Origin: Candidatus Electrothrix sp. GW3-4
GTDB taxonomy: Bacteria > Desulfobacterota > Desulfobulbia > Desulfobulbales > Desulfobulbaceae
Direction: 5' to 3'
Assembly (NCBI RefSeq): GCF_037902255.1
Contig: NZ_CP147990.1
Coordinates: forward strand, 2,220,001 to 2,252,000
Length of the DNA: 32,000 nt
Position 1 is the stretch's first letter, and each line of letters begins with the position of its first letter. Made by a program: the position numbers and the translations under genes. Positions 23,586 through 31,965 of the stretch are shown here, piece by piece. The notes beneath the pieces were generated by a model, which made no database searches, was not told where the DNA came from, and saw nothing but the letters and a program-made list of their open reading frames with translations.

Positions 23586-23733
23586 GGGGTATCCTTTCGC
23601 TGTTTCAGCGGTGAAGATTACTTGTTTTTTCAGAGAATACGCAGAATTCGTCAACCTTTTTACTTACCAAAGACCGCAGCAGCCTGTCAAGCTGAAGTCC
23701 GTACTCCCCTGAAGGACCCAAAAGGAGAGAGAC

Positions 23734-23762
23734 TTGACATCACCTTGTCATAAAGGTATTTT
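23734..23762 (+). promoter_or_regulatory. Possible sigma70-type promoter
   Basis: TTGACA (23734-23739), a 17-nt spacer, then TATTTT (23757-23762), upstream of the membrane-protein remnant and the histidine kinase. Confidence 0.3.
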
Positions 23763-23851
23763 TCACTATCGACTTCCCTTATCAGAGGGAGCTCGGCATA
23801 TCGTTTTTCGCTACCTCTTTTTCATCCGACCACAGCGGATACATACAAAGA

Positions 23852-24039
23852 ATGCTCCTGGCCGCCTTAAAAAAACTCTGGTCCGCCTTCACCGACCTGC
23901 TGCCCATCATCCTGGTCATCGCCTTTTTCCAGCTACTTGTCCTGCGCCAGCCCTTACCTCATCTGGGCTAATCTGGCGAGGTGCAGTCGGGGCCGTGCTG
24001 GTGCTTGTGGGCCTGGACAGCCAACTGAGTATCATGTGA
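23852..24039 (+). pseudogene. Truncated and frameshifted membrane-protein gene remnant (DUF1538-like N-terminus, from memory)
   Basis: ATG at 23852 gives MLLAALKKLWSAFTDLLPIILVIAFFQLLVLRQPLPHLG, then TAA at 23969. The hydrophobic continuation GAVGAVLVLVGL is in another frame and stops at 24039. No further membrane-protein sequence follows. Confidence 0.35.
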
Positions 24040-24297
24040 CCAGGCCCGTGACCACCGTTCCACCGGACAGGGGGTATCTGCTACGTGGCACGCTTGCTCC
24101 ATAACGCAGGTTTAAGCCGAGTACCGGTGGCGGAGAAGGCGATTTGATCGGTATTATTTCGCTCTCCCTACGCTCCTCCCCTATCGCAGCCCGTTGGCGG
24201 TTTGCATACATCTCAAAGGCCTTGCTCCAAAAACCGCTGCACCACATAAATTGTGTGTTATTCATAGGTCATTGCCAACCAAAGGAACCCGCTTTCC

Positions 24298-26895
24298 ATG
24301 CATACAATGCATCCCATCATACAAAGAATAAAGATATATTCCCTTATCGGCGCTTTTACCTGGTCCGTGGTTGTTTTAGGAACCTTGTACTGGAACATCA
24401 CAGACGCAAAACGTCAGGTATTTGAACTCGCCAAGCAATCCGCTGTTGATAATTTCAATAAAGATCGGGCTGCCCGTCTATGGGCCACCTCGCATGGCGG
24501 GATATATGTCACGCCAACGGACAAAACCCCTCCTAATCCCTATCTTTCCCATGTCCCTGACCGAGATGTGGTCACTACATCAGGAAAAAAACTCACGCTC
24601 ATGAATCCTGCGTACATGTTACGCCAGATGATGAATGACTACTCTAAGCTCTATGGTATTAAGGGAAAAATAACAGGACTTGTTGTCCTCAACCCCATCA
24701 ATCGCCCGGACCAATGGGAGATCAACGCCATTAACTCCTTTAAAAAAGGAAAAAAGGAGACCGTTGAAATCTCTGAGATTGATGACACACCCTATCTTCG
24801 TTTAATGCGCCCGATGTGGATGACCAAGGGCTGTACAAAATGTCACGGACATTTGGGATTCAAGGAGGGTGATTTGCGGGGAGCTGTTGGGGTTGCAATC
24901 CCCATGGCACCTTACCAGGACCTCTTTAAACAGCGCATAAACACCCTCATACTTCTTTACGGGGTCATCTGGATCTCTGGAATATTTGGCATTTATTTCA
25001 TTTACTTTCGCAGCAAGTTATACGCAATAGACCGACAAAACTCTGAAGAATCCATACGCTCACTCAACCTTGAGCTGGAGCATCGCATTGATGAACGGAC
25101 AAAAGAACTGCAAGAAAAGGAGACTCGCCTCTCCGCTATCGTCAATAGCTCCCCTGAAGGCATCATCACAGTGAACGAGCAGGGCATTATTGAATCGGCT
25201 AATCCAGAAATAGAAGAACTCTTTGGTTATACGAGTGATGAGCTTGTCGGTAAAAATGTAAGGATGCTGGTTCCCCCCTCGCACCGTGATCAGCATAATG
25301 CGTATATTGCGAATTATCTCAAAACATTTAAGTCCAAACTTATTAATTCAGATCGGCAAGTGAGCGGCCAACGAAAAGATGGGCTCCTGTTTCCTATGTA
25401 TCTTGCTATCAGGCACACGCAACTCGGCGACCACCATCTCTTTACAGGCATGATGCACGACCTGACCAAGGAAGTAGCGGCAGAAAAACTTTTAAAACAG
25501 GCCAAGGAACAGGCTGAACAGGCCAACGAGGCAAAAACCCTTTTCCTGGCTAATATGAGCCACGAGCTGCGCACCCCATTAAATGCCATTCTAGGGTTTA
25601 CCCAGATACTGCAACGGGATACCAAATTCGATGAGAACCAACAAGAAACCCTTGCAATTATAGAGAGAAGCGGACATCATCTCCTTAATCTCATCAATGA
25701 TATTTTAGACATCTCCAAAATTGAGGCAGGAGGCGCAAAGCTCGAAGAAAAAAACGTTGACCTGTTAGCCTTACTCCAGAATGTCACAGGTATGTTTTCT
25801 GTCCATGCGGCAAGCAAAAACTTATTTTTCAAAATAAAAACGGATAAAGACCTTCCGAGGTATATTTTAACTGATGAAGGAAAACTCCGGCAGGTATTCA
25901 TTAATCTCCTGGGCAATGCATTTAAATTCACAGAAGAAGGAGGTGTCACCCTCCGAGCACGTTCCATGATAACATCTGAATATACCTACCAACTTCACTT
26001 TACAATCAAAGATACAGGTATCGGTATTGATGAGGAACATTTGGAATCTATCTTTTCTCCCTTTGTCCAAACAGAGGAAGGCGCTGCAAAGTCAACAGGT
26101 ACGGGACTGGGGCTTTCTATTACCCGTCAATTTGTTCAACTCATGGGAGGCAACATCACAGCGGCCCATGCAATTAACAAAGGCTCTATCTTTTCTTTCG
26201 ATATTACGGTGAGAGCGGCAGAACCTTCTACAGTCCAGGAGAGCCTGCCTGCCCAGCCCGTAACAGGACTTGCACCAGGCCAGCGCCCACTTCGTATCCT
26301 GGTTGTGGAAGACATCCTAGAGAGCCGGACTCTCCTGGTTCATCTTTTGAAAAATATTGGTTTTGAAGTTAAGGAGGCTGTTCATGGTCAACAGGGTGTG
26401 GAGTTGTTTCACTCTTGGCACCCTCACCTGATCTGGATGGACCTGCGCATGCCTGTTATGGATGGATATGAGGCCATCAAACAGATCAGGCAAACAGAGG
26501 CGGGGCAGAAAACCATTATCATAGCTCTCAGCGCCCACGCCTTAAAGGAGGAACGGGAAAAGATCTTTCGTCACGGTTGCGATGATTTTTTAAGCAAGCC
26601 CTTTGCTGAGCAGGATCTTTTTGCAACCATGGAAAAATATCTTGGCGTACGCTTTCTCCGCAAAGGTGAGGAAGTATCTTTATCTTCAGAGCCCCAGTCC
26701 GCACAAGAAGCTCCCCCTGAACTACCAGAAGACGTAAAAAAAGAATTACTGGCCGCAGCAGCCCTGCTGGACCAAGAAGCCTGTCTGGAAATTATTGCTC
26801 AGCTCCAATTATCTGAGCCATCAGTCCTTGCTCCTTTGAACAAGATGATAATAGATTATAATTTTGAAGGACTTGAAAAGTTTCTCAAGGAATAA
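24298..26895 (+). CDS. Hybrid sensor histidine kinase: periplasmic heme-c-type (CxxCH) DUF3365-like sensor, TM, PAS, HisKA, HATPase_c, REC
   Basis: 865-aa ORF with an N-terminal TM segment. The sensor domain carries GCTKCHGH. A second TM is LILLYGVIWISGIFGIYFIYF. The PAS region is EGIITVNEQGIIESANPEIEELFGY. The H-box is LANMSHELRTPLNAILGF. The N/G boxes are LGNAFKFT, IKDTGIGI and GTGLGLSI. The REC domain is RILVVEDI...LIWMDLRMPVMDG. Confidence 0.9.
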   Translation: MHTMHPIIQRIKIYSLIGAFTWSVVVLGTLYWNITDAKRQVFELAKQSAVDNFNKDRAARLWATSHGGIYVTPTDKTPPNPYLSHVPDRDVVTTSGKKLTLMNPAYMLRQMMNDYSKLYGIKGKITGLVVLNPINRPDQWEINAINSFKKGKKETVEISEIDDTPYLRLMRPMWMTKGCTKCHGHLGFKEGDLRGAVGVAIPMAPYQDLFKQRINTLILLYGVIWISGIFGIYFIYFRSKLYAIDRQNSEESIRSLNLELEHRIDERTKELQEKETRLSAIVNSSPEGIITVNEQGIIESANPEIEELFGYTSDELVGKNVRMLVPPSHRDQHNAYIANYLKTFKSKLINSDRQVSGQRKDGLLFPMYLAIRHTQLGDHHLFTGMMHDLTKEVAAEKLLKQAKEQAEQANEAKTLFLANMSHELRTPLNAILGFTQILQRDTKFDENQQETLAIIERSGHHLLNLINDILDISKIEAGGAKLEEKNVDLLALLQNVTGMFSVHAASKNLFFKIKTDKDLPRYILTDEGKLRQVFINLLGNAFKFTEEGGVTLRARSMITSEYTYQLHFTIKDTGIGIDEEHLESIFSPFVQTEEGAAKSTGTGLGLSITRQFVQLMGGNITAAHAINKGSIFSFDITVRAAEPSTVQESLPAQPVTGLAPGQRPLRILVVEDILESRTLLVHLLKNIGFEVKEAVHGQQGVELFHSWHPHLIWMDLRMPVMDGYEAIKQIRQTEAGQKTIIIALSAHALKEEREKIFRHGCDDFLSKPFAEQDLFATMEKYLGVRFLRKGEEVSLSSEPQSAQEAPPELPEDVKKELLAAAALLDQEACLEIIAQLQLSEPSVLAPLNKMIIDYNFEGLEKFLKE

Positions 26896-26913
26896 TATGG
26901 GTGTTTTTTTACC

Positions 26914-27786
26914 TCAGCTTGCTTTCCTGAAAACCTTAGGTACAGTATAGGGGACCTGAAGATACTCAAGCACCTTTCCGGTCTTATGGTAATCATGTTG
27001 ATGAAGGAGGTGAGAGAAGTTCAGGGATATGCCAAGATACGTGCGTCGCTCCTTATCAACTTCTGCTGCCTCGTATCCCTGGGTACAATAGCCAGCATGT
27101 AGTTCCAGCCATTGCAGCCAGGAATCGTGCAAGGCGTCAAAGCCATCGAGTTTGACCACTAGGGCATAGTACATATTGGAGTAATCATCAAAGATCCCTT
27201 GAACCGGGACATTGAGGGCATATTCGACGCGAACGTCTATTTTACGATCAATCTCTGGATACTGTGCGAGGAGCATGCTGGTTAATGCCCCAAGGGTATT
27301 CATCGTCATGTCATTCCAGTCAAACCCCTGTGTTTCGCTGGTTCCGTCATCAAGCTCCATAATGGCCTGTATCCCCCAAGCCGAGAACACGCCGTAGCGA
27401 CCAGCTCTTTTTTTGTTATACCCCCAAGAGTTGTACAGCCCGGTAAAGGTATCGGCAAGGGTATAGGTCGACCAGAAATGCCCCATTTTATCTGCACCGC
27501 CATATTTCGTGTCCTTTTCAAACCAACCTTCATTGGTAAAATGAAAGCTTGCCGAGCCATAATTCCAATCAGCAGCCCCATACAGGCTAATAAAGGCGGC
27601 AGCAGCAACATTAACGTACAGGGCCTTTTTCTCCTTAGCGAGCGCATCCCACCAGCCTATATGTGCTGTCCGGCTTCCTTGATCAGGAGCCGTGATATTC
27701 GCTAGATCTCCACCAAAGGCCGGAGAGATAAAAGTCGCTGTGAGAGCAGAGAGCACTGCCAAGAGTTTGAAGGGGTTTCTTTTCAT
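26914..27786 (-). CDS. Secreted protein with YfiM/DUF2279-like N-terminal half and an extra C-terminal beta-rich half
   Basis: 290-aa ORF with signal peptide MKRNPFKLLAVLSALTATFISPAFG/GD. GGADKMGHFWSTYTLAD...ELDDGTSETQGFDWNDMTMNTLGA parallels E. coli YfiM DKAQHFLASA...[24 protein letters not shown], as I recall it. Confidence 0.55.
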   Translation of the reverse strand: MKRNPFKLLAVLSALTATFISPAFGGDLANITAPDQGSRTAHIGWWDALAKEKKALYVNVAAAAFISLYGAADWNYGSASFHFTNEGWFEKDTKYGGADKMGHFWSTYTLADTFTGLYNSWGYNKKRAGRYGVFSAWGIQAIMELDDGTSETQGFDWNDMTMNTLGALTSMLLAQYPEIDRKIDVRVEYALNVPVQGIFDDYSNMYYALVVKLDGFDALHDSWLQWLELHAGYCTQGYEAAEVDKERRTYLGISLNFSHLLHQHDYHKTGKVLEYLQVPYTVPKVFRKAS

Positions 27787-28125
27787 TGTATCGGTTCAGG
27801 AGGAGACTTCCATATGCTAATTGGAATTGGTAATTGGTGATTCGGCCAGAGTTACAATACGCCTCCTGGTACCAACTGGCGGAGAACACATCTGATTGGC
27901 TTACAAAAAACAACAAAAGCTCAGCAAGTACATAACAGCATATCTCACTGTTTCATAAAAGACAAAATTTTTTCGTGTCAATCTCGGATCAATCCTCTGG
28001 AGACGCAGAGCCATCTTCTTAAGGAGGCAAGTATTCAAAACAAGCTCTCCAACATCAGCGAAATAAGCCAGCGTAGCTCTACGCAGAGTGCGCATATTCC
28101 AAGCCGAGAAAAACCGACGGAGAGA

Positions 28126-28154
28126 TTGCGTTGACAGCGCGATTCAGCTATGAT
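28126..28154 (+). promoter_or_regulatory. Possible sigma70-type promoter for livM
   Basis: TTGCGT (28126-28131), a 17-nt spacer, then TATGAT (28149-28154). The SD AGGAAG (28165-28170) and ATG at 28176 follow. Confidence 0.35.
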
Positions 28155-28175
28155 GTGCTGGAGCAGGAAGCCCTC

Positions 28176-29465
28176 ATGAGCAGGCAAGATCGCTACGGGA
28201 CAGTAACTTCTCCTGCACCAGTTCTCAAGATCACTCTGAATATGAACAAGATACTCACAGCTCACCACCTTAAAAAAGCAGTTTTCATTGCCCTCTGGTT
28301 CGTTTTTCTCACCTTTCCCCTCATGGTGATTAAGGTGAATCCCTATGAAGAAACCGTTGTCTGGCGTTGGCAAAATATGCTCTATGTGGCGCTGGTCAGT
28401 TTCGTTCTCTACCTGTTCAGCCAGGCTGTTTTGGGCTGGAAGGCGACACAGAAGAAAAAGAAAAAAGTACGCATTACTCCTGAGCGGGCGAAAAGGGATT
28501 GGCAGCATACCTTGCTCAGGGAGCCCAAACTCTTTGTCCCGCTTCTTGGCCTGCTACTGGTGACCTTCTCTGCTTTTCCGTTTTTTCTTTCCACCTATCA
28601 GATCAACATCATGATCACGGCCCTGATGTACGTGGTCTTAGGGCTTGGCCTCAATATCGTGGTCGGGGTAGCGGGCCTGCTGGATCTGGGCTATGTGGCC
28701 TTTTACGCGGTCGGGGCCTATTCCTATGCCCTGCTCAACCTCCATTTCGGCATTGGCTTCTGGACGGCCCTGCCCGTCGGCGGCCTGCTGGCTGCCTGTT
28801 TTGGCATCCTGCTTGGCTTTCCGGTCCTGCGCCTGCGCGGTGATTATCTGGCCATCGTCACCTTGGGTTTTGGAGAAATCATCCGCTTGGTCCTGGAAAA
28901 CTGGACCGATTTTTCCCACGGCCCCAGTGGCATCGCAGGTGTTCCCCGGCCTGGATTTTTTGGCATGGACATGTCCCTGGATCAATCCATCAACTATCTC
29001 TATTATCTGATGATAGCCTTGGTCATATTTACGGTGTTCATGATCAACCGCCTGCAAAACTCACGGATCGGGCGGGCCTGGTTTGCCCTGCGCGAGGATG
29101 AGATCGCCTGTCAGGCTATGGGTATCGATAAGACCAAGACCAAACTCACCGCCTTTGCCCTGGGTGCCTTCTGGGCCGGTATGGTTGGGGTGATCTTTGC
29201 TGCAAAAACCACCTTTGTCAACCCTTCTTCCTTTACCTTTCTTGAATCCGCTATTATCCTCTGCATCGTCGTGCTGGGCGGGATGGGCTCCATCATCGGG
29301 GTGATTATCGCAGCCCTGGTCCTGATGCTGCTGCCGGAATACCTGCGGGCCTTTGCCGATTACAGAATGCTGGTCTTTGGTGCAACCCTCGTCGTTATGA
29401 TGGTCTTCCGACCCAAGGGTTTGATCTCCACGGTGCGGCGGACATACAAAAGAGAGAACGCATAG
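28176..29465 (+). CDS. livM: Branched-chain amino acid ABC transporter permease LivM
   Basis: Collinear with E. coli LivM: GLGLNIVVGVAGLLDLGYVAFYAVGAYSYALL, GFPVLRLRGDYLAIVTLGFGEIIRL, GRAWFALREDEIACQAMG, FTFLESAIILCIVVLGG. I prefer ATG at 28176 because of its SD. The track start is TTG at 28131, and ATG at 28242 is also possible. Confidence 0.9.
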   Translation: MSRQDRYGTVTSPAPVLKITLNMNKILTAHHLKKAVFIALWFVFLTFPLMVIKVNPYEETVVWRWQNMLYVALVSFVLYLFSQAVLGWKATQKKKKKVRITPERAKRDWQHTLLREPKLFVPLLGLLLVTFSAFPFFLSTYQINIMITALMYVVLGLGLNIVVGVAGLLDLGYVAFYAVGAYSYALLNLHFGIGFWTALPVGGLLAACFGILLGFPVLRLRGDYLAIVTLGFGEIIRLVLENWTDFSHGPSGIAGVPRPGFFGMDMSLDQSINYLYYLMIALVIFTVFMINRLQNSRIGRAWFALREDEIACQAMGIDKTKTKLTAFALGAFWAGMVGVIFAAKTTFVNPSSFTFLESAIILCIVVLGGMGSIIGVIIAALVLMLLPEYLRAFADYRMLVFGATLVVMMVFRPKGLISTVRRTYKRENA

Positions 29466-29513
29466 TTTGAGAGAATTACCGGAAAAAGTAGAAACGGAAC
29501 AGGAGAAATACTC

Positions 29514-30140
29514 ATGAAATCCTTTTCAAAATGGACAATTGAAGAGGTGGAAGAAACTTTTCATATCGTTCAGCAAAAACAGAACCAACAACTTGAACAG
29601 TGGATGCACCCGGTTCCTGCGCCGTCCGACACCGAAAAGCAGCAGTTGCAACGGCTTCAGGAAAAATTGTTGGATAATGTATGGGACTGGAATGAAGAGG
29701 AACTCAAGGTCTATTTCATTATTCCGCTTCTTGAGCTGATTCGTTTTGAGGAGACCGATTGTAAATCCTTTCTTTCCCGAGAACTTACCATGACCGTTGA
29801 AGACGACACTGTCTCCGGTATTGTTGATTTCATGGTGGCTGCCGGAAGACGTTCTCCGAAAAAACCATATTTTTTTATTCATGAATATAAGAAAGAGCAT
29901 GATTCCTCCAACGATCCGCTCGGACAGCTAATGATCGAAATGGTCACGGCCCAGCATCTGAATGCTGATAACCATCCTGTGTACGGGGCCTATGTTATGG
30001 GGCGTTATTGGCATTTTGTCGTGCTCCATGAACAGCACTATGCCGTTCACACAGGACTCAATGCTGCTGATGAGGAACTCCTGCATATCTTCGGAGTGCT
30101 CCAAAACAGCAAAAAAATTATCAAAGAGTGGAGTCGGTAA
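29514..30140 (+). CDS. PD-(D/E)xK fold protein resembling the type I restriction HsdR N-terminal (HSDR_N_2-like) domain
   Basis: 208-aa ORF with SD AGGAGA 7 nt upstream. The core GIVDFMV...PYFFIHEYKKE...GQLMIEMVTAQ...GAYVMGRYWHFVVL gives D...E.K, then Q, then the G..W.F pattern. Confidence 0.55.
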   Translation: MKSFSKWTIEEVEETFHIVQQKQNQQLEQWMHPVPAPSDTEKQQLQRLQEKLLDNVWDWNEEELKVYFIIPLLELIRFEETDCKSFLSRELTMTVEDDTVSGIVDFMVAAGRRSPKKPYFFIHEYKKEHDSSNDPLGQLMIEMVTAQHLNADNHPVYGAYVMGRYWHFVVLHEQHYAVHTGLNAADEELLHIFGVLQNSKKIIKEWSR

Positions 30141-30141
30141 C

Positions 30142-30429
30142 ATGGGTGTGACACGGCTTGAGCTGCTGAAGATGCCCGAAGCCCAACGCCGGGCTTATGA
30201 AAAATACCTAATCAATAAAGCCGTCAAGAAAGATATGCTCGAATCGGCATACGAGAGAGGCTTTGAAGAGGGTATTGCGAGAGGGATCAGAGAGGCAGGT
30301 AGGGCGAAAGGAAAACTTGAGGTAAAAAGAGAGATTGCGGTTAAACTGCTTGCTTCGGGAAGTTTAGAGATAGAGGCTATTGCGGAAGTTACGGGGTTGT
30401 CGATTGAAGAGCTTCAGGGGTTGCAGTAG
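30142..30429 (+). CDS. Small helical protein resembling the C-terminal tail (DUF4351-like) of Rpn/PDDEXK_2 transposase-like proteins
   Basis: The ATG lies 1 nt after the upstream TAA, with GGAG 8 nt upstream. Translation: MGVTRLELLKMPEAQRRAYEKYLINKAVKKDMLESAYERGFEEGIARGIREAGRAKGKLEVKREIAVKLLASGSLEIEAIAEVTGLSIEELQGLQ. The E.G.EEG...G tract and the IA..LL..G...E.IA..TGLS.EE...L ending are typical of that tail. Confidence 0.55.
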   Translation: MGVTRLELLKMPEAQRRAYEKYLINKAVKKDMLESAYERGFEEGIARGIREAGRAKGKLEVKREIAVKLLASGSLEIEAIAEVTGLSIEELQGLQ

Positions 30430-30458
30430 GGTAATCTCTATGCGGAGGGCAAATAAGC

Positions 30459-30617
30459 ATGAACAAGAACTCTATTTCAAAAACCTCTACAGATGAATAC
30501 CCTCAAGTGACGCAAGCAGATTTCGACCGGGCTGTTTTGCGCCGGAACCTCGAACCTGATGAAGAAAAACAGCGCATTACTCTTGTGCTTAATGGAGTAA
30601 AGAAGCGGGGAAAATAA
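30459..30617 (+). CDS. Short DUF4415/BrnA-antitoxin-like protein (probably truncated)
   Basis: 52-aa ORF not in the track, with SD GGAGGG 9 nt upstream. Translation: MNKNSISKTSTDEYPQVTQADFDRAVLRRNLEPDEEKQRITLVLNGVKKRGK. It follows the 'P.lt..DF.rAv.r......K..itlrl' pattern and then ends early. No BrnT-like partner is seen. Confidence 0.4.
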   Translation: MNKNSISKTSTDEYPQVTQADFDRAVLRRNLEPDEEKQRITLVLNGVKKRGK

Positions 30618-30634
30618 ATAAAGGAGAAGCATCA

Positions 30635-31603
30635 ATGAAGTTCTTCAGGCATATTGTAATGTTGGCGATAGTTTTCTTTCTGGCAGCAGTTTGCGATGCA
30701 TCCGCTTATGAAGCCGAGATCAAGAAAATGTCCGCAACAATGGCGGAAAAAATCTCCGCGACGGAAAAAGACAAAATAGCTGTTGTGGATTTCACCGACC
30801 TTCAGGGGGATGTAACAGAGCTTGGCCGATTCGTTGCTGAGGAGTTTTCCGTTGCTCTTGCCGGTGCGGGCAAAGGATTCAAAGTTGTAGACAGAACTCA
30901 TCTCAAAAGCATTATCAAAGAGAACAAGCTGTCCGCAACCGGGTTGATAGATCCTGCGACTGCAAGAAAACTGGGAAAGATTGTCGGGGTGGAAGCCTTG
31001 ATTACCGGGACGCTTACGCCGTTCGGAGACAGTGTGCGGATCGCCGTTAAAATTCTGGATTCCTCCACTGCGGAAGTCGTTGATGCAATAAGTGGGAATA
31101 TTGCCAAGACAGAGGCCGTTAAGGATTTACTTGCCACCAACCTTATCTTCAGGAAAGGGCCTCCTAGTGACACAGGGGAAGGTGAGCCGGGGAAACCTCT
31201 GCAAACGGTTGAAGCTGGAGGCTTACTCGTTCAGCTTATGGGTGGAAAATTATCCAATGGGAATTTAACATTTTCTTTTTTGATCATTAGTCCTAAACAA
31301 GATAAAAAAGTTTATATGTTGACTAATCACAGTTCAAGAATATTTGATTATGAGGGCAATGAATACGAAGCGATAAAGGGTCAGATCGGTTATTCAGAAC
31401 GTAGCTCTAGAGCTATAGAAAAAAATATTATTGCGGGAGTTCCCATCAAATCAAGCATCAGCTTTGAAAATATTCCTCCAAAAATAACAGGGGTAGCACT
31501 GCTTGAAGTTAACTTTATTGATTTCACAGCTCAATTCCACAATATTTCCCTGTCTAAAAGGAGTAATAATAGCTCTGCTCAGTTATATGCAGGATCGGAG
31601 TGA
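30635..31603 (+). CDS. Secreted protein with FlgO/LpoB-like (CsgG-fold) N-terminal domain and beta-rich C-terminal domain
   Basis: 322-aa ORF with SD AAGGAGA 7 nt upstream and signal peptide MKFFRHIVMLAIVFFLAAVCDASA/YE. The segment KIAVVDFTDLQGDVTELGRFVAEEFSVAL...FKVVDRTHLKSIIKENKLSATGLIDPATARKLGKIVGVEALITGTLTPFGDSVRIAVKILD is the pattern I associate with FlgO/LpoB-like domains. Confidence 0.55.
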   Translation: MKFFRHIVMLAIVFFLAAVCDASAYEAEIKKMSATMAEKISATEKDKIAVVDFTDLQGDVTELGRFVAEEFSVALAGAGKGFKVVDRTHLKSIIKENKLSATGLIDPATARKLGKIVGVEALITGTLTPFGDSVRIAVKILDSSTAEVVDAISGNIAKTEAVKDLLATNLIFRKGPPSDTGEGEPGKPLQTVEAGGLLVQLMGGKLSNGNLTFSFLIISPKQDKKVYMLTNHSSRIFDYEGNEYEAIKGQIGYSERSSRAIEKNIIAGVPIKSSISFENIPPKITGVALLEVNFIDFTAQFHNISLSKRSNNSSAQLYAGSE

Positions 31604-31925
31604 TGTCACTAAACCTGTTGATCAGGCTGATCCGCCTCCGTCGGCTGAACATACAGTAGCGAAGGAATATTATACACTGTTCGAGCATCAGTCTCTGTTT
31701 ACTCAGGAGGCTCGAACTAACCTATCGGTTAGTTTTCAGAATATTGAGGGGGAGGAATTTGTCAGCCTCAATATTGCTCCCACAGGTAAAGATGCATCTG
31801 TTCGTGCCGTGTTCAAGGGATATACGGAAGAATTCACGTCTTCATCCGGTATATTCAATGTCCAAGTGCTGGATATTGATTACAGGAAGCGAAAGGTTGC
31901 CATTCGGGTCAGTCGAAAAAAATAA
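31587..31925 (+). CDS. Small hypothetical protein
   Basis: The track ORF starts at 31503, inside the previous gene. The first ATG that gives only a short (17-nt) overlap is 31587 (MQDRSDVTKPVDQ...). It has a K/R-rich C-terminus and no recognisable domain. The start is uncertain. Confidence 0.4.
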   Translation: MQDRSDVTKPVDQADPPPSAEHTVAKEYYTLFEHQSLFTQEARTNLSVSFQNIEGEEFVSLNIAPTGKDASVRAVFKGYTEEFTSSSGIFNVQVLDIDYRKRKVAIRVSRKK

Positions 31926-31965
31926 AGATAGCGTATAACCAACAACCTCAACCCCACACAACATC

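Noticed and set aside
24032-24265. 77-aa minus-strand ORF upstream of the histidine kinase
   Set aside because: It has no SD and no recognisable motif, and it sits in the decayed spacer next to the membrane-protein remnant. It may be another remnant, but I cannot support that.
28035-28508. 157-aa minus-strand ORF overlapping the livM 5' region
   Set aside because: It is antisense to livM, whose frame aligns with E. coli LivM. The translation has no features.
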